Shown here piece by piece: positions 1 to 11,671 of a stretch of 64,000 nucleotides of DNA (within the stretch, counting starts at the first letter, position 1; each line of letters starts with the position of its first letter). The notes below the pieces were generated by a model. The model was not told the origin of the DNA, made no database searches, and was given only the letters and a program-made list of their open reading frames with translations. The DNA is from Octopus vulgaris. Lineage: Eukaryota. The stretch lies in NCBI GenBank assembly GCA_951406725.2, contig OX597819.1, forward strand, positions 94,736,001 through 94,800,000, given 5' to 3'. The position numbers and the translations under genes are program-made.

Positions 1-580
1 AAAGCACCGTCCGTTCGTGGCCGTTGGCCAGCTCTGTCTGGCCCTGTGTCGGTGGCACGTAAAAGCACCATCCGACCGTGTCCGTTGCCAGCCTCGGCTG
101 GCCCCCGTGCCGGTGACACGTAAAAGCACCGTCCGCTCGTGGCCGTTTGCCAGCTCTGTCTGGCAACCGTGTCGGTGGCACGTAAAAGCACCATCTGTTC
201 GCGTCCGTTGCCAGCCTCGGCTGGCCCCCGTGCCGGTGACACGTAAAAGCACCGTCCATTTGTGGCCGGTTGCCAGCTCTGTCTGGCCCCGTAAAAGCAC
301 CATCCGTTCGTGTCCGTTGCCAGCATCGCCTGGCCCCGTGCCGGTGACACGTAAAAGCACCATCCGTTCGTCAGCTCTGTCTGGCACCTGTGCAGGTGGC
401 ACGTAAAAAACACACACTACACTCGCGGAGTGGTTGGCGTTAGGAAGGGCATCCAGCCGTAGAAACACTGCCAGATCTGACTGGGCCTGACGAAGCCTTC
501 CAGCTTCACAGACCCCAGTTGACCCGTCCAACCCATGCTAGCATGGAAAGCGGACGCTAAACGATGATGATGATGGTGAT
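1..580 (+). mobile_element. SINE-like repeat (family C) with tandem ~61-bp internal units and RTE-type 3' tail ending in (GAT)n
   Basis: About 7 units containing GGTG(G/A)CACGTAAAAGCACC, then ...AGGAAGGGCATCCAGC...CCAACCCATGCTAGCATGGAAAGCGGACG and (GAT)n. The same family recurs at 1670, 13013, 32760, 51291 and 63525. Confidence 0.8.
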
Positions 581-1601
581 ACTGATTGTCAAAAGGTTCC
601 TGATAGCTTCAGTAATTTGTAATTCTGGGTAACTGTCTAATACCCATAATAATATTTATGGCAATAAATGCCCGTATTTTTTCTACAGTTGTGGGAAACC
701 ACAGGCTATCTTTTTTTCCAGCTTCTTTACATAGTGCATAATGGTTTGTTTCCGCAGTGATTGCTTCAAACAAGCATGCTGGAAAAAATAATAAGAAAAA
801 GTCTAATTCGCTTCCTGAGAAAGACTATGGGTAGATACTGGCTCCTCAGAGAAATTCTTAATAAAAACATTTTTAAAGTTTTTGCTCCATTCTGGTGTAA
901 AATCATCCTAGATGTCGCTGTCACTGCTTTCAGTTTCGGATGCAGAAATATGCGATTCATTTTCGTTCACAACGTGCTTTTGTACCTCATTCATTCTTTT
1001 AAATATATTTGTGTAGGAATTGCCAATTTCTTTCTGCATGCCCTTAGTTACAATTATTAGTGCAGCCTTTGTTTTCCTTCTTTTTTTTTTCTATGCTTCT
1101 CTGCCTGCACTGCCACTGGGGTCGATAAATTAAGTACCAGTTGCTTACTGGAGTTCATCTAATTGATTGGCCCCCACCCCCAAAATTTTGGATCTTGTGC
1201 CTAGAGTAGAAAAAAAAAATTAAAATTGATTTAATCCCTGTTTGTATCTTTCAATAAAACTTGCTTTGAAATTTGTTGCACACCTGCACAACTGTTATAT
1301 AATTTCAACCTCTGCCTGAACTCTATGTGTACTTCCACGGAATGAATGTCACATTTGCTTTTCAAAGTGTAATATCCTGCATTAAAATTGATTTAATCTT
1401 TATCCGTTTGTTTTGTTTTTCCTTTTGTTTACATTGTGTGCATGCCTTGTTATGGGTTATGTTAGGGTTAGAGCTATGGTTTCAAATTGGCATTAGATAG
1501 CATGCTAAAGTGTAAATGGCCACGTATACTGTATGCTAAAGTGACACTAAAGATTTATTGAAACAGTTTACCTATCAGAAATTAAGTCATGAAAGGGTTA
1601 A
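581..1601 (-). mobile_element. piggyBac transposon remnant (PGBD-like transposase N-terminal part plus one terminus)
   Basis: The minus strand reads GKKDSLWFPTTVEKIRAFIAINIIMGIRQLPRITNY*S, a piggyBac W..TT..E..AFI..MG..LP..YWS motif with W mutated to stop. Terminus TTAA|CCCTTTC at 1591-1601. Confidence 0.75.
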
Positions 1602-1669
1602 CAGTGTCAACACACTTCACTTCACATTTCTATATTTCTGAGGGCAATGAAATAAAATACTAGATAAGA

Positions 1670-1976
1670 CCTGTTGAGGCAAGTAAAATCGTTGTGCCCA
1701 ATGTCAGTGCCGCCTGACTGGCACCTGTACTGGTGGCACGTAAAAAGCACCATTCAATCATAGTTGATGCCAGTACTGCCTGACTGGCTCCTGTGCCGGT
1801 GGCACGTAAAAAGCACCCACTACACTCTCAGAGTGGTTGGCATTAGGAAGGGCATCCAGCTGTAGAAACTCTGCCAGATCAAGATTGGAGCCTGGTGCAG
1901 CCATCTGGTTCGCCAGCCCTCAAATTGTCCAACCCATGCCAACATGGAAAGAGATGTTAAATGATGATGATGATGA
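1670..1976 (+). mobile_element. SINE family C copy
   Basis: Two GGTGGCACGTAAAAAGCACC units, the shared 3' body and a (GAT)n tail. Confidence 0.8.
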
Positions 1977-2921
1977 AGTACTGGGTCAATATAGTTGACA
2001 AATTATGTCCTCCTATAAAATTTCTTGCTTTGTGCCTTTGTTAGAAATTCATGTTAGTACTATTATATAGTGCGAGCAAGAGAAAAAATGATGCTCAGAG
2101 AATGTCTGTAGGCTTTCCCAAACTGTTAATGTGACTGTAGATGATGTCTTTTTTCAACTTCTGTAAATTAATGTCTGATGAGAAAGTGATTCTGTGTAGA
2201 GATTGCCATTCTGGAGAGAAATGATTGGATAAAATATTTGGTATAAGGTTTGAGCTGTGAGACATGTTAAAGATGATGATGTGGGCTCAGTTGGATATAG
2301 TATACAGCTTATTAATTCACAGGAATAGCAGTGGGTGTTTTTTTTTTTGGGGGGGGGTTATTTTTTTCTCTTGTTTTATTTGAACAATTTGGCTGGATAA
2401 AGGGGGCTGCATCCTTGGCTTTTGCATTCCTTCTGAGATGAAAGGCAAGAGCTGTGCCTTCAAAACTGGTAAGATTGACATAGTTGATCTTGAATATGTG
2501 GATGGCTGCAGAAGGAAAAACATGGACAAGGGAATTTTATAAGACTGACAATCTGGTAAGAAAGGATTTAATTCTTCGTTTGTAAGTGAAATACAACCTA
2601 CATGAGCTTCAAATCTCCCGTCGCCAGATGCTGTAATGTGGTTTGTATCCAATATAGTAGTACCACCACTATTGGGATAATGGCCTACAATACACGGTAC
2701 CAGTGTGATATAATCAATTGTAATGCATGATATTACTTTAATCCAGATTTTCACTGTATGTTTTTGTTTTATTCTTATTCTAGTAAAAAAAATTTGCCAT
2801 ATCAATCTGAGAAAATTATAAAATGTTGTGTTTTGAATTTAAATATGCTGTTGCATTTCAACATAAAACATTTATTCTTTATTGGCCTTTCAAATGATTT
2901 GGGAATGTACTTGTAAAATTA

Positions 2922-3818
2922 CGTAAATCCTCGAATATAATCCGCATTTTTTTCCCAAAATTTAAAGGTCAAAATCCCTAGTGCGTACTATATACGAGGT
3001 TAAAAATGAAAAATATTTTCTAAGCAATGTCTGAGTCTCTATTTGCTGTCCGGCAATGTTTATTCAGATGCATTTTGTGATGTCGGGAGCGAAAATACCT
3101 TAAGCTAAGCCTGAAAGCAATGAAGTCATAAAAGAATCATCTGTAAGTTGCAGTAAGCAACACTTATTAAAATAAAAGTATTCAGAACACAGAATAACAT
3201 GTAACAAAAACAATTTGCAAACATATTTACATTCCCATATAACAATTAAGAACATCACCATTATTGTATTATGCATGTGCGGAAGTGTTTGTTCGACTAG
3301 GTGCTGCTGGCTTAATTACACACGAATTGTGCTTAATAGTTTAGCACTAAATAGTTCATCTTCATCCTGCCGTTTGTAATGGCAGTTTGCATCATTACCG
3401 TGGCAAACAATAGATACTTAATTAAATGTGGGTCTTTGCTAGTCTCCAATAAAACATTTTATACATTACATGCCCATAAAATGCCTCGTAGATCTTATTC
3501 AGCTATGTTTAAACATGAAGTTATATCATATGCTGAAGAGCATGGTAATAAGGCCGCTGGAAGAAAATTTGATGTTGACGAAAGCAATGTCAGGTTATGG
3601 AGAAGAAATAAAGATGAAATTAAGCAGATACCAAAGATAAAGAAGGCAAGAAGGCAATAATAAAGGACGTTACCATATACATTTTTACAAACCAAGGACG
3701 TTATATAAACCTCCTTGACTCAAGTTAGAGAAGGGGTGCGTATTATACACAAGGTTTAGGTTTTTCAGAGGTACAGCCCCCTAGAAATCCCCTGCGTACT
3801 ATACTCGAGGATTTACGG
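2922..3818 (+). mobile_element. Internally deleted pogo/Tc2-like DNA transposon
   Basis: TIRs CGTAAATCCTCGAATATA ... TATACTCGAGGATTTACGG with TA flanks. ORF 3481-3660 (MPRRSYSAMFKHEVISYAEEHGNKAAGRKFDVDESNVRLWR) is a Brinker/psq-type HTH of POGK-like transposases. Confidence 0.8.
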
Positions 3819-4579
3819 TACTGGTGTCTTACCTTGAGAAAGCTCTATGCTCTATCTGGTTTATAGCCTAAAACTGGAACTATGCACCATTTGACTAGTA
3901 AGTGATGTTTTTTGTTGTTGTTCTTTTAATCTTTAGTATAGTCATTGCCAATATTCCATAATAAATGGATGATACTCTATTGTTTGGAGATAAGGTATGC
4001 TATTCTACTTGTTTCAGTTGACTTGATTGGATAATAGCTAATAAGGGAATCAAGCCAACAAAATAGTTGAAACAAAGGGCTTCCAAACAGTTGCTTCACT
4101 TCCTAGAAATAGCAGCCAAATCTTCCTCAAATCAAACTACCATCATTTAGAAAATGTGCTACTGAGTACGCTGTACCTATAAACAAATTGATACTATGAT
4201 TTACTGATGAAGTCTAATAATTCCAGAGCTTTCCTAAAGTTATAACCCTACTATTGAAGAACAAACTTACCCACTGTCTTTATTTATTTATTGTGATGGT
4301 AGCTAGCCATATAAATTACCATTTTTCTGTACTTTTAATCAGAAATTCTTGGTAAACTACATTAAAAATGCTAGCCTACTTAACTAACCAGGTGAAATTT
4401 TGGCGATTTGATTTTTTTGAGTGGTACAGCAATGTTTCCAAGGAGAAGATACAACAAATCTATTGATCATATTTGGTTTTAAGAAGATGAATTTCCAATT
4501 CCAAAATTTAAGATAACCAGGGGTGGTAAAAAGAAAATCATAAATAATGATTTCTACCTACTTCCTGCATTTAATATGT

Positions 4580-5386
4580 TGTAGTGGATCTTGCATGCAT
4601 GAAGTGGATTCGATCCATCATAGCCAAATTTTAATTAACACTGCAACAGAACTTTTCCCACGGTGGAACAATGGTTTTTCTCTTACAGCAGTTTTATATT
4701 TTCCAGATGCCTTTAGCTAGGCTGAAATAATGTCTTCACCACTTGACCCTAACCTCTTCTACTTCACCAAAAGCTAGAATAGAGATAACAAGACCACCAA
4801 CTAAATCTATTGTTCTCAATAATATATCTATCCTTCTGGATAGTTATAAAAGCAAGAACACGCCAAGCAAAAATCAGTTAGTCACAGTCGGTGATGACTC
4901 AATGAGTCCAGTCACATGGTGACGACTCAATGAGAACGAAGCCTGTCTGACCAGCTAAAACCTTGGTCAGGGGGAGAAATGAAGTTTACTGTCAGCAACT
5001 GTGAGACAACATCCTACAATTCTCTCTAACTCTAATTCTGTTCTCTTACAACAGCATTCTATCGCTATCTGCAGATTACTACTAATTATTTGTATATGCC
5101 AAACTATGTAAAGAAACATTCTACTGCATCTAACTTTCTTTCGCATGCTTTTGGATTTATCATAACCTGCCTGTCGAGGCATGGTATTTTTCAACGTAAT
5201 GGTAAATAAATATTTCCTTAAAACTTCATGCATTGTTCATCTTTCACATCCTACAATAAGCAATTATAACAACAAATTTTTATCGTTACAACTGGTGACT
5301 CCGACATTTCATAATATTGTTTACTAATCAATTTCTCCCGCTATAATTGGTGACCCTTGACTTCAACTAAAAACTTTATCGTTACA
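4580..5386 (+). mobile_element. LTR retrotransposon remnant (solo-LTR-like, gypsy type)
   Basis: TGTA...TACA ends with 4-bp direct flanks ATGT (4576-4579, 5387-5390). An internal LTR end TTATCGTTACA is followed by PBS-like TGGTGACTCCGAC, complementary to the tRNA-Trp 3' end. Confidence 0.6.
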
Positions 5387-5599
5387 ATGTAAGCAACTAG
5401 TGCTTTTTAAGCGTAATTTATTATCTAAATATGTGTTCCATGTATAAAGCCTTCTTTTAAGTGTCTGCTTCATTTTGTTTACAGTTTAACAGGTTCAAAA
5501 GAAAACAAACAAAATACCAAGTAAAGACTTGCCAAGACTGAAAATAGTAGGTGAAAAACAGGAAAAAAAAACCCCCTAAAAGCAGTAGAAATGCACGAA

Positions 5600-5830
5600 T
5601 GATTATGCTAAATGAAATATACACCACCAGAAGTTGTTGACAAACAGCAGCAGTAATTTTATTCAGCTGAATATATGTCACTGATTGGTTGAAATTACCA
5701 AAATACGACAATTTTAACATGAAATAACTTTGAAAATAGAAACTTTTCTCAACAACGCTAAGAGTAAAAGATGTTCTCTGACACATTCTACCAGTATCCG
5801 AAGTTTGAAAGTATTTAGTTAAAGAAAATT
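5600..5830 (+). mobile_element. Fragment of the long TIR of the GGATC-ended transposon family
   Basis: Colinear with 52860-53080 (GTAATTTTATTCAGCTGAATA...TGATTGGTTGAAATTACC...GACACATTCTACCAGT). Confidence 0.7.
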
Positions 5831-7107
5831 AATTAATCGTTTGTTTTGGCTTGGTTTCGACAGCTGGATGCCCTTCCCGACGTCAATCAGTTATGAGTGT
5901 ATTGGATGTTTTTACATGGCACATGAATTGCAATGATTGATGCAAAAGATTACTTATTCAAACTCATGGATGATTATGAAATAAACAAAGCATTAGGTTT
6001 TACATTAGTTAAATGAATAAGTTAAGAAGTTATAAACAATTTAAATCCAGACAGTTAAGATAGTAATGTTATGAAAGAACATGAAATGTTTCTGAGAGAG
6101 TAGAAAACTAGACTCTGGATATGAAAACTCATTGCATTTATTGTAGGTGCTGTTTTAAGGAGTAATTTATTTGTGAACTGAAGCTGCGATTTGGTTTTAA
6201 TCTATGGTCGAAATCATTCTGATACAGGAACAAGAATACATTATCCAACACCTGTATAATTTGAAGATCTGTAGGTAATTTTAGTAAGTTGTAAAAAAGA
6301 GCTATTGGCCCTTTCATTAGCTCGATATATCTAATCTTTGTAACATGGGTTGTTAGGATCTCGACCAATTATGTTCGCAAGTCATTTATGATTCTCACGT
6401 GGAACATCTACTTACATGTACACCAATGCCCTTCATAGAGGAAAACTTTCAAAACTTCTTATCTCTGAGGTTTTTTGAAAAGATTGTTCGACAGAATTGT
6501 TAAAGCATCGAACTTCAAATCTTGCTGAGATCAGCTTTGCCTTTCATCTCTATGGCATCAACTAAGTACCAGTTAAATAATGAAGTCAATGTAATCTACT
6601 AACCACCTTCCCTCAAGACTGCTAGCGTTATATCAAAATTTTAAAAAATAATTTATATAACGCACAAACATCTTGATTTTTTAAAAAAGAAGGAAATGAA
6701 GAACAGTAACGCTCAAAATTACCCTTTTAAAATTTATCAATACATTCCAATTGTTTTGTTCCAAAGTAAAGAATCACTTAGAATTACGTTTCCATGGGAA
6801 AAATCAGGGGGTTCGGGAAGTTCTGATTTCGATCCCACGGCGCAGTACCATCAGTGCGTGTCTTCTATTATAACATCAGATTTGTTAGTGAAAGTATGTA
6901 AATGAAAATTGTATGGAAATCTATTGAATGAGATGTACTTGTAACCCAGAGACTTCGCCATGTTACCCATGAGTCTAACAGAACATTCTGTTAGAGTGGA
7001 ACATCCAACCAATTACACTATAATATAGTAGCTAGTTCCGTTGATCAAATAACTAGAACCCCTTTTTCGCCAGGATAGACATAATTATATATAATCTCTA
7101 TAAATGT

Positions 7108-8593
7108 GTTTACTACACATTTTTTTTTACACCTATTATACTTTTTTTTCTTTTTGGTGGTCAGGTGTTAAACTTGATATTAACCGACAAGTTAAATTTG
7201 CGCAACCCAACCGAGGAGTGGGGAGAGGACTTTCGGAAAATTTACATGATCCCTCATAACTTTCAGGGAAATGGATATCTTTCAATGAAAGTTTTTCAAA
7301 TACTTTTTAAACAGCATAGATTACAATTATAAAGAAATTCGTAGGGAAAATTTTTTTCCGAGGCGGTGGGGAGAGGAGTTTCAGATCAAGAAGACCATAT
7401 AAGTTGGAATTTCTCCGTTTTGACAAGAGATTTTCCAATTGTTTTTCACCACAGCCTTCGAAATGATGGGGAGCATCTTTTTATGAAAAAACGGTTTGGA
7501 AAAATTATGATTTTTTTTTTTACTCCCCTCCTTCCTTAATGATGATACCAATGGACCACACTCATGCTCCATTGGTGGAATATAAGCATTAACAACAACA
7601 AAAAATAGTAATTTAAATATTTACCCCCACCTTAATTAAGTGAGGCCGTGTGTGTGTGAAAAAAAGAAAAAACAATTCCTAACAGAAGTATGCTATTAAA
7701 ATGAATTATCTTTTACATACCCTTTTTTTTTTAATGCCAGAAATGCCAGAAATGACCTCAGGATCTCCAATATTTTAAATTATAAACAGAAACAATCAAG
7801 AGCGGGGAGTGGGATTGAAAAAAATCATAAATTTTCAAATTGTTTTTTTTTTTTATTGCATAGATGTGTTTATGAGGAGAAAATATTGAGAAAAAAATCA
7901 ATACATGCGAGAGTGAGAAAGAAACAAGGAGGGTTGTTTTGGGATGTGCTAGAAACGACAGTCAAAACTTTCTTAAATCACACGTTTTCCTCTGAAAATA
8001 TATACATTTTTTTTTTTACCGTAAAGGCTTCCCCCATAGTTTTTAAGCGCAAAAAATTAGCCAAAATCGATCCAGAGGTGGGATGTGGAGAGTAAAAAAA
8101 AATTAAATTAATGTTGTCTTCCTGATCTGAAACTCCTCTCCCTACTCACTCAGAAAAAGACTTTTCCTCACAAATTTCTTTGTAATCGTAATCTATGCCG
8201 TTTGAAAGGTATTTGTATAAACTTTCATTAAAAGATACCCATTTTCCTGAAAGTTATGAGGGAAAAAATAGGATCGTGTGAAATTTTCTCCAAATCCGCC
8301 CCCCCACTCCTTCAGAAAAAATCTCCCCCCCTCCCATATTTCTATAAAATTGTATTCTATGCTGTTTGAAAGTATTTATATAAAATTTTATCAAAAGATA
8401 TCCATTTTCCTGAAAGTTATGAGGGGAAAAATCGTATCGTGTGAATTTTCCGAAAGTCCTCTCCCTAACCCTCAGTTGGTTTGTGCAAATTTGGTTTTCA
8501 GATTCGTTTACTACACATTTTTTTTACACCTATTACACTTGCTTTCTTTTTTTTTTTTTTCTATGGTGGCCGGGTGTTAAACTAGATATTAAC
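7108..8593. repeat. Fold-back-type element with long degenerate inverted arms and ~80-bp direct repeats
   Basis: Direct repeats GTTTACTACACATTTT...GATATTAAC at 7108-7184 and 8506-8593. Inverted arms at about 7194-7400 and 8120-8492, with internal sub-repeats TTTTCCTGAAAGTTATGAGGG. Confidence 0.55.
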
Positions 8594-8599
8594 TCATAA

Positions 8600-8953
8600 T
8601 TATGACCCTAGTATCGATCTATTGCATTTCAATCTGTTTTAGGGTTAGTTAGGGTTAGGGATGGGAGAGGGTATTTTTTTTCTTCAGAAATGTAAATAAA
8701 CCCAATCTGTTTCTTAAACGAGGGACATATTCATACGGCACAGAATGTTTTCATCTCAATAGACATCATTGATTGGTTGAAATTGCAGAAATTGAAGAAA
8801 AAACAACAAATATCTTACAAACTATATAATTTTCTCAATAAAGCCAAGAGAGAAAGATGTTTTATAAACACATTCTACCAATATACGAAGTTTAAAAGCG
8901 TTTAGTTACGTGGAAATCATTTTTAAAAACTGCCGGTCAAACCGAAAAGATCC
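8600..8953 (+). mobile_element. GGATC-family right end with internal TTAGGG repeats
   Basis: TTAGGGTTAGTTAGGGTTAGGG at about 8639-8661, then the TIR body (ACACATTCTACCA..ACGAAGTTT) ending AAAAGATCC. Confidence 0.65.
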
Positions 8954-9017
8954 CATTATTTTACAATATTTGATAAAAAGTTGTCAAGTAAAAGAGAAAA
9001 AATTACATAGACTCTAA

Positions 9018-9046
9018 GGATCTTTTCCGTTCAAATCGAAAGATCC
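9018..9046. mobile_element. 29-bp minimal GGATC-family element with 8-bp TSD
   Basis: GACTCTAA|GGATCTTTTCCGTTCAAATCGAAAGATCC|GACTCTAA. Confidence 0.75.
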
Positions 9047-9929
9047 GACTCTAATTTCTTTCAAGTAATACTATCATAATAACCACACTTTTAATGAGGG
9101 AAAACATTTTACAATATCTGAAGAAAAGCTAGATAATGAAAGATAAAAAAAAAAGTAACATATACGAGTAATTTTTTAAACAGTTACAATATCGTAAAAA
9201 CCACGATTTGAATTAGGATAAATATTATTTTACCATTTATGATGAAAAGCTTTTCATGAAAGGAAAAAAGTTTTAAGCCTGTTGTCATAGTAACGTAACC
9301 GACATAGTATGATGTATCTGAACTGCTATGGAGAAACTTTCGTAAATAATGCAATCTCACAAAACAGTTGAGTAATATTGACTTTGTTTCCATTATTTAC
9401 TGTTTCATCTATTTACCTATATTTTCCATTGTTCCTTTTAATTGTATTATGTTAATAGTATATAATTTTTTATGTAATTTGTTTTGCAAACAACGGCCAC
9501 TGCCAACTGGTTGGAACTTGTAAAAGGGAAGTACAATACTTTTTTCTTGTAATCTGAAAAGATTATAGTCAATCGAAGCTCAATGTATTAAATAGCATAC
9601 TTACTTGTACTGATGCTAAAAAGCAAGGTCAATCTTAAATCGTAAAATTGAGTTATTACATGGCCATGGCTACTTACACTTTCTTCTTTAAACCTGCTTG
9701 ACATAGCGATTTTTTCAAGTGCATTAGGAAATCAAAACCAGTTCCTAAATTTCAATTTGATGAGAACTTATCGCGTTTTTATCAATATTGTTTGCTTGTT
9801 CCTTTTTAACAATGATGTTGCTTTGCATAAGTGCTCTGGAGACAGCTTATAGAGCAGTATGTCCATACTATTTTCTTTCGGTGCTCGACGTTCGAAGTAT
9901 AAATTTCAGCTTTTATCTGTACTTGATCA

Positions 9930-10021
9930 TGGTGGATAAAACAAAACAAAACAACAACAAATACGAAGTTTCAAATTGTTTAGTTAACTAGGAAAATCTG
10001 GCTTTCAAAAGGAAAAGATCC
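9930..10021 (+). mobile_element. GGATC-family right TIR fragment
   Basis: ATACGAAGTTTCAAATTGTTTAGTTAACTAGGAAAATCTGG...AAAAGATCC, nearly identical to 31807-31867. Confidence 0.7.
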
Positions 10022-10122
10022 GAATTCTTTTTATGATTTTTTGTGGAGGTGTGTGTGTGTGGGGGGGGTCTGTGAGTTTGGAGAAGGGAAGAGAGGAGAA
10101 AAAGGAAAAATAAAAAAATAAA

Positions 10123-10295
10123 TAGGCACAGGAGTGGCTCTGTGGCAAGTAGCTTGCTAACCAACCACATGGTTCCGGGTTCAGTCCCGCTGCGTGGCAT
10201 CTTGGGCAAGTGTCTTCTACTATAGCCTCGGGCTGACCAAAGCCTTGTGAGTGGATTTGGTAGACGGAAACTGAAAGAAGCCCGTCGTATATATG

Positions 10296-10326
<31 letters not shown>

Positions 10327-10522
10327 TTCTGTGTTTGTCCCCCTAGCATTGCTTGACAACCGATGCTGGTGTGTGTATGTCCTCCGTAAATTAGCGGTTT
10401 GGCAAAAGAGAGCGATAGAATAAGTATTGGGCTTACAAAGAATAAATCATGGGGTCGAGTTGCTCGACTAAAGGCGGTGCTCCAGCATGGCCGCAGTCAA
10501 ATGACTGAAACAAGTAAAAGAG
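10123..10522 (+). mobile_element. tRNA-derived SINE (family A)
   Basis: A-box-like GTGGCTCTGTGG and B-box-like GGTTCAGTCCC, a CORE-like CTTGGGCAAGT segment and an internal (TA)/(TG) run. Other copies at 29740-30132, 50102-50505 and 61445-61620. Confidence 0.85.
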
Positions 10523-10636
10523 TATATATATGACCAGAGCAGCGCTTCTATATAAATTTTTCTTGAGAACATTTCTTAGTGGTAAGACCATAGCGGATCT
10601 ATTTCTAGCATAAGGGTGTCCACATAGTGGTTTCCC

Positions 10637-10721
<85 letters not shown>

Positions 10722-10819
10722 GGAGTAAACACATAAATGTGAAACAAGGTGGAAAAAAGAGTACTCAAATACCAGTGGTAGAGTAATATGCTTTATTTTA
10801 AGCAGCAGAAAATTCAACA

Positions 10820-10906
10820 AAATCTGTTACTCTGAGTTTCTCGTTGCCGTTCATCAGACAGTTTTTGTCTGATGAACGGCAACGAGAAACTCAGAGTAAC
10901 AGATTT
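10820..10906. ncRNA. Back-to-back minimal type I hammerhead ribozyme motifs in a perfect 41-bp inverted repeat
   Basis: Each arm reads (C/U)UGU-CUGAUGA-ACG GCAA CGA-GAA-ACUC A GAGU-A-ACAG: stem I, canonical core, GNRA-capped stem II, near-palindromic stem III and a GUA cleavage triplet. Confidence 0.7.
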
Positions 10907-10909
10907 CTT

Positions 10910-10947
10910 AGAAATTTGAAAAGCTACACGCGAAACCGGTAATTTCT
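10910..10947 (+). ncRNA. Minimal type I hammerhead motif with U3-A8 variant core
   Basis: AGAAAU-UUGAAAA-GC UACAC GC-GAA-ACCGGU-A-AUUUCU: 6-bp stem I, 2-bp stem II, palindromic stem III, GUA site. Confidence 0.65.
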
Positions 10948-11074
10948 TTAAAAATTTTAAAATTATGTCATTTTAAGGAAAGGGAAAAAAATTTTTCCAA
11001 TATTCTCCAGACATTTTGACACATATATATATAACATTTAAGCCTTCTGTCGTTTTTTCACACTTTACTATTTT

Positions 11075-11161
<87 letters not shown>

Positions 11162-11516
11162 CAATTAAGGACAACTTCTTAATAAGGAAAACTTAACAAG
11201 AAATTATCGGGTAGATAGCGTGAAAAACCTCATAAAAGAAAAAATTTCGAAAATAATTCTTTCTTATTGAACATATTAATTTATATATAGAGGGCATTAT
11301 TATACATACATGCCACACGCTAAGAGGGACAAAATTAGTCATTTCTACCAAAAATTTTACTAATCCCACCGAATGCAATTTTTCAAAATTGCATTCGTAA
11401 AAGTCTGCCATTTACCGGATGTAATATATGTAAACCCACCCATGTGCTTTGTTGAAGTTGATCAGATAGTTGCTCGGCTTAGACGAGTTGGGTTCGTTTA
11501 TTTATGATACGTCCAA

Positions 11517-11555
11517 ACTTGCTGATAGATGTATGAAATCACAGGTGATACAAGT
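11517..11555 (+). ncRNA. Hammerhead-like motif with one extra core nucleotide and no stem II
   Basis: ACUUG-CUGAUAGA-UGUAU-GAA-AUCAC AG GUGAU-A-CAAGU: 5-bp stem I and 5-bp stem III. Confidence 0.45.
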
Positions 11556-11671
11556 CCATATCTTTAAATGTCTTACTTTGAAAAATTGCATTCGGTGGGA
11601 TTAGTAAGATTTTTGGTAGAAATGACTAATTTTGTCCCTCTTAGCGTGTGGCATGTATGTATAATAATGCC

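Noticed and set aside
1-420. Regularly spaced repeats resembling a CRISPR array
   Set aside because: The spacers are themselves repeated, the array runs into a SINE tail, and the context is eukaryotic with no cas genes.
2317-2805. 162-aa minus-strand ORF as a possible vanin exon
   Set aside because: It has no nitrilase or vanin motifs and no convincing splice sites; probably a decayed repeat.
9598-9625. Possible 11-nt minus-strand microexon (tttttag-CATCAGTACAA-gtaagt)
   Set aside because: No homology support, and such motifs are frequent by chance in AT-rich DNA.
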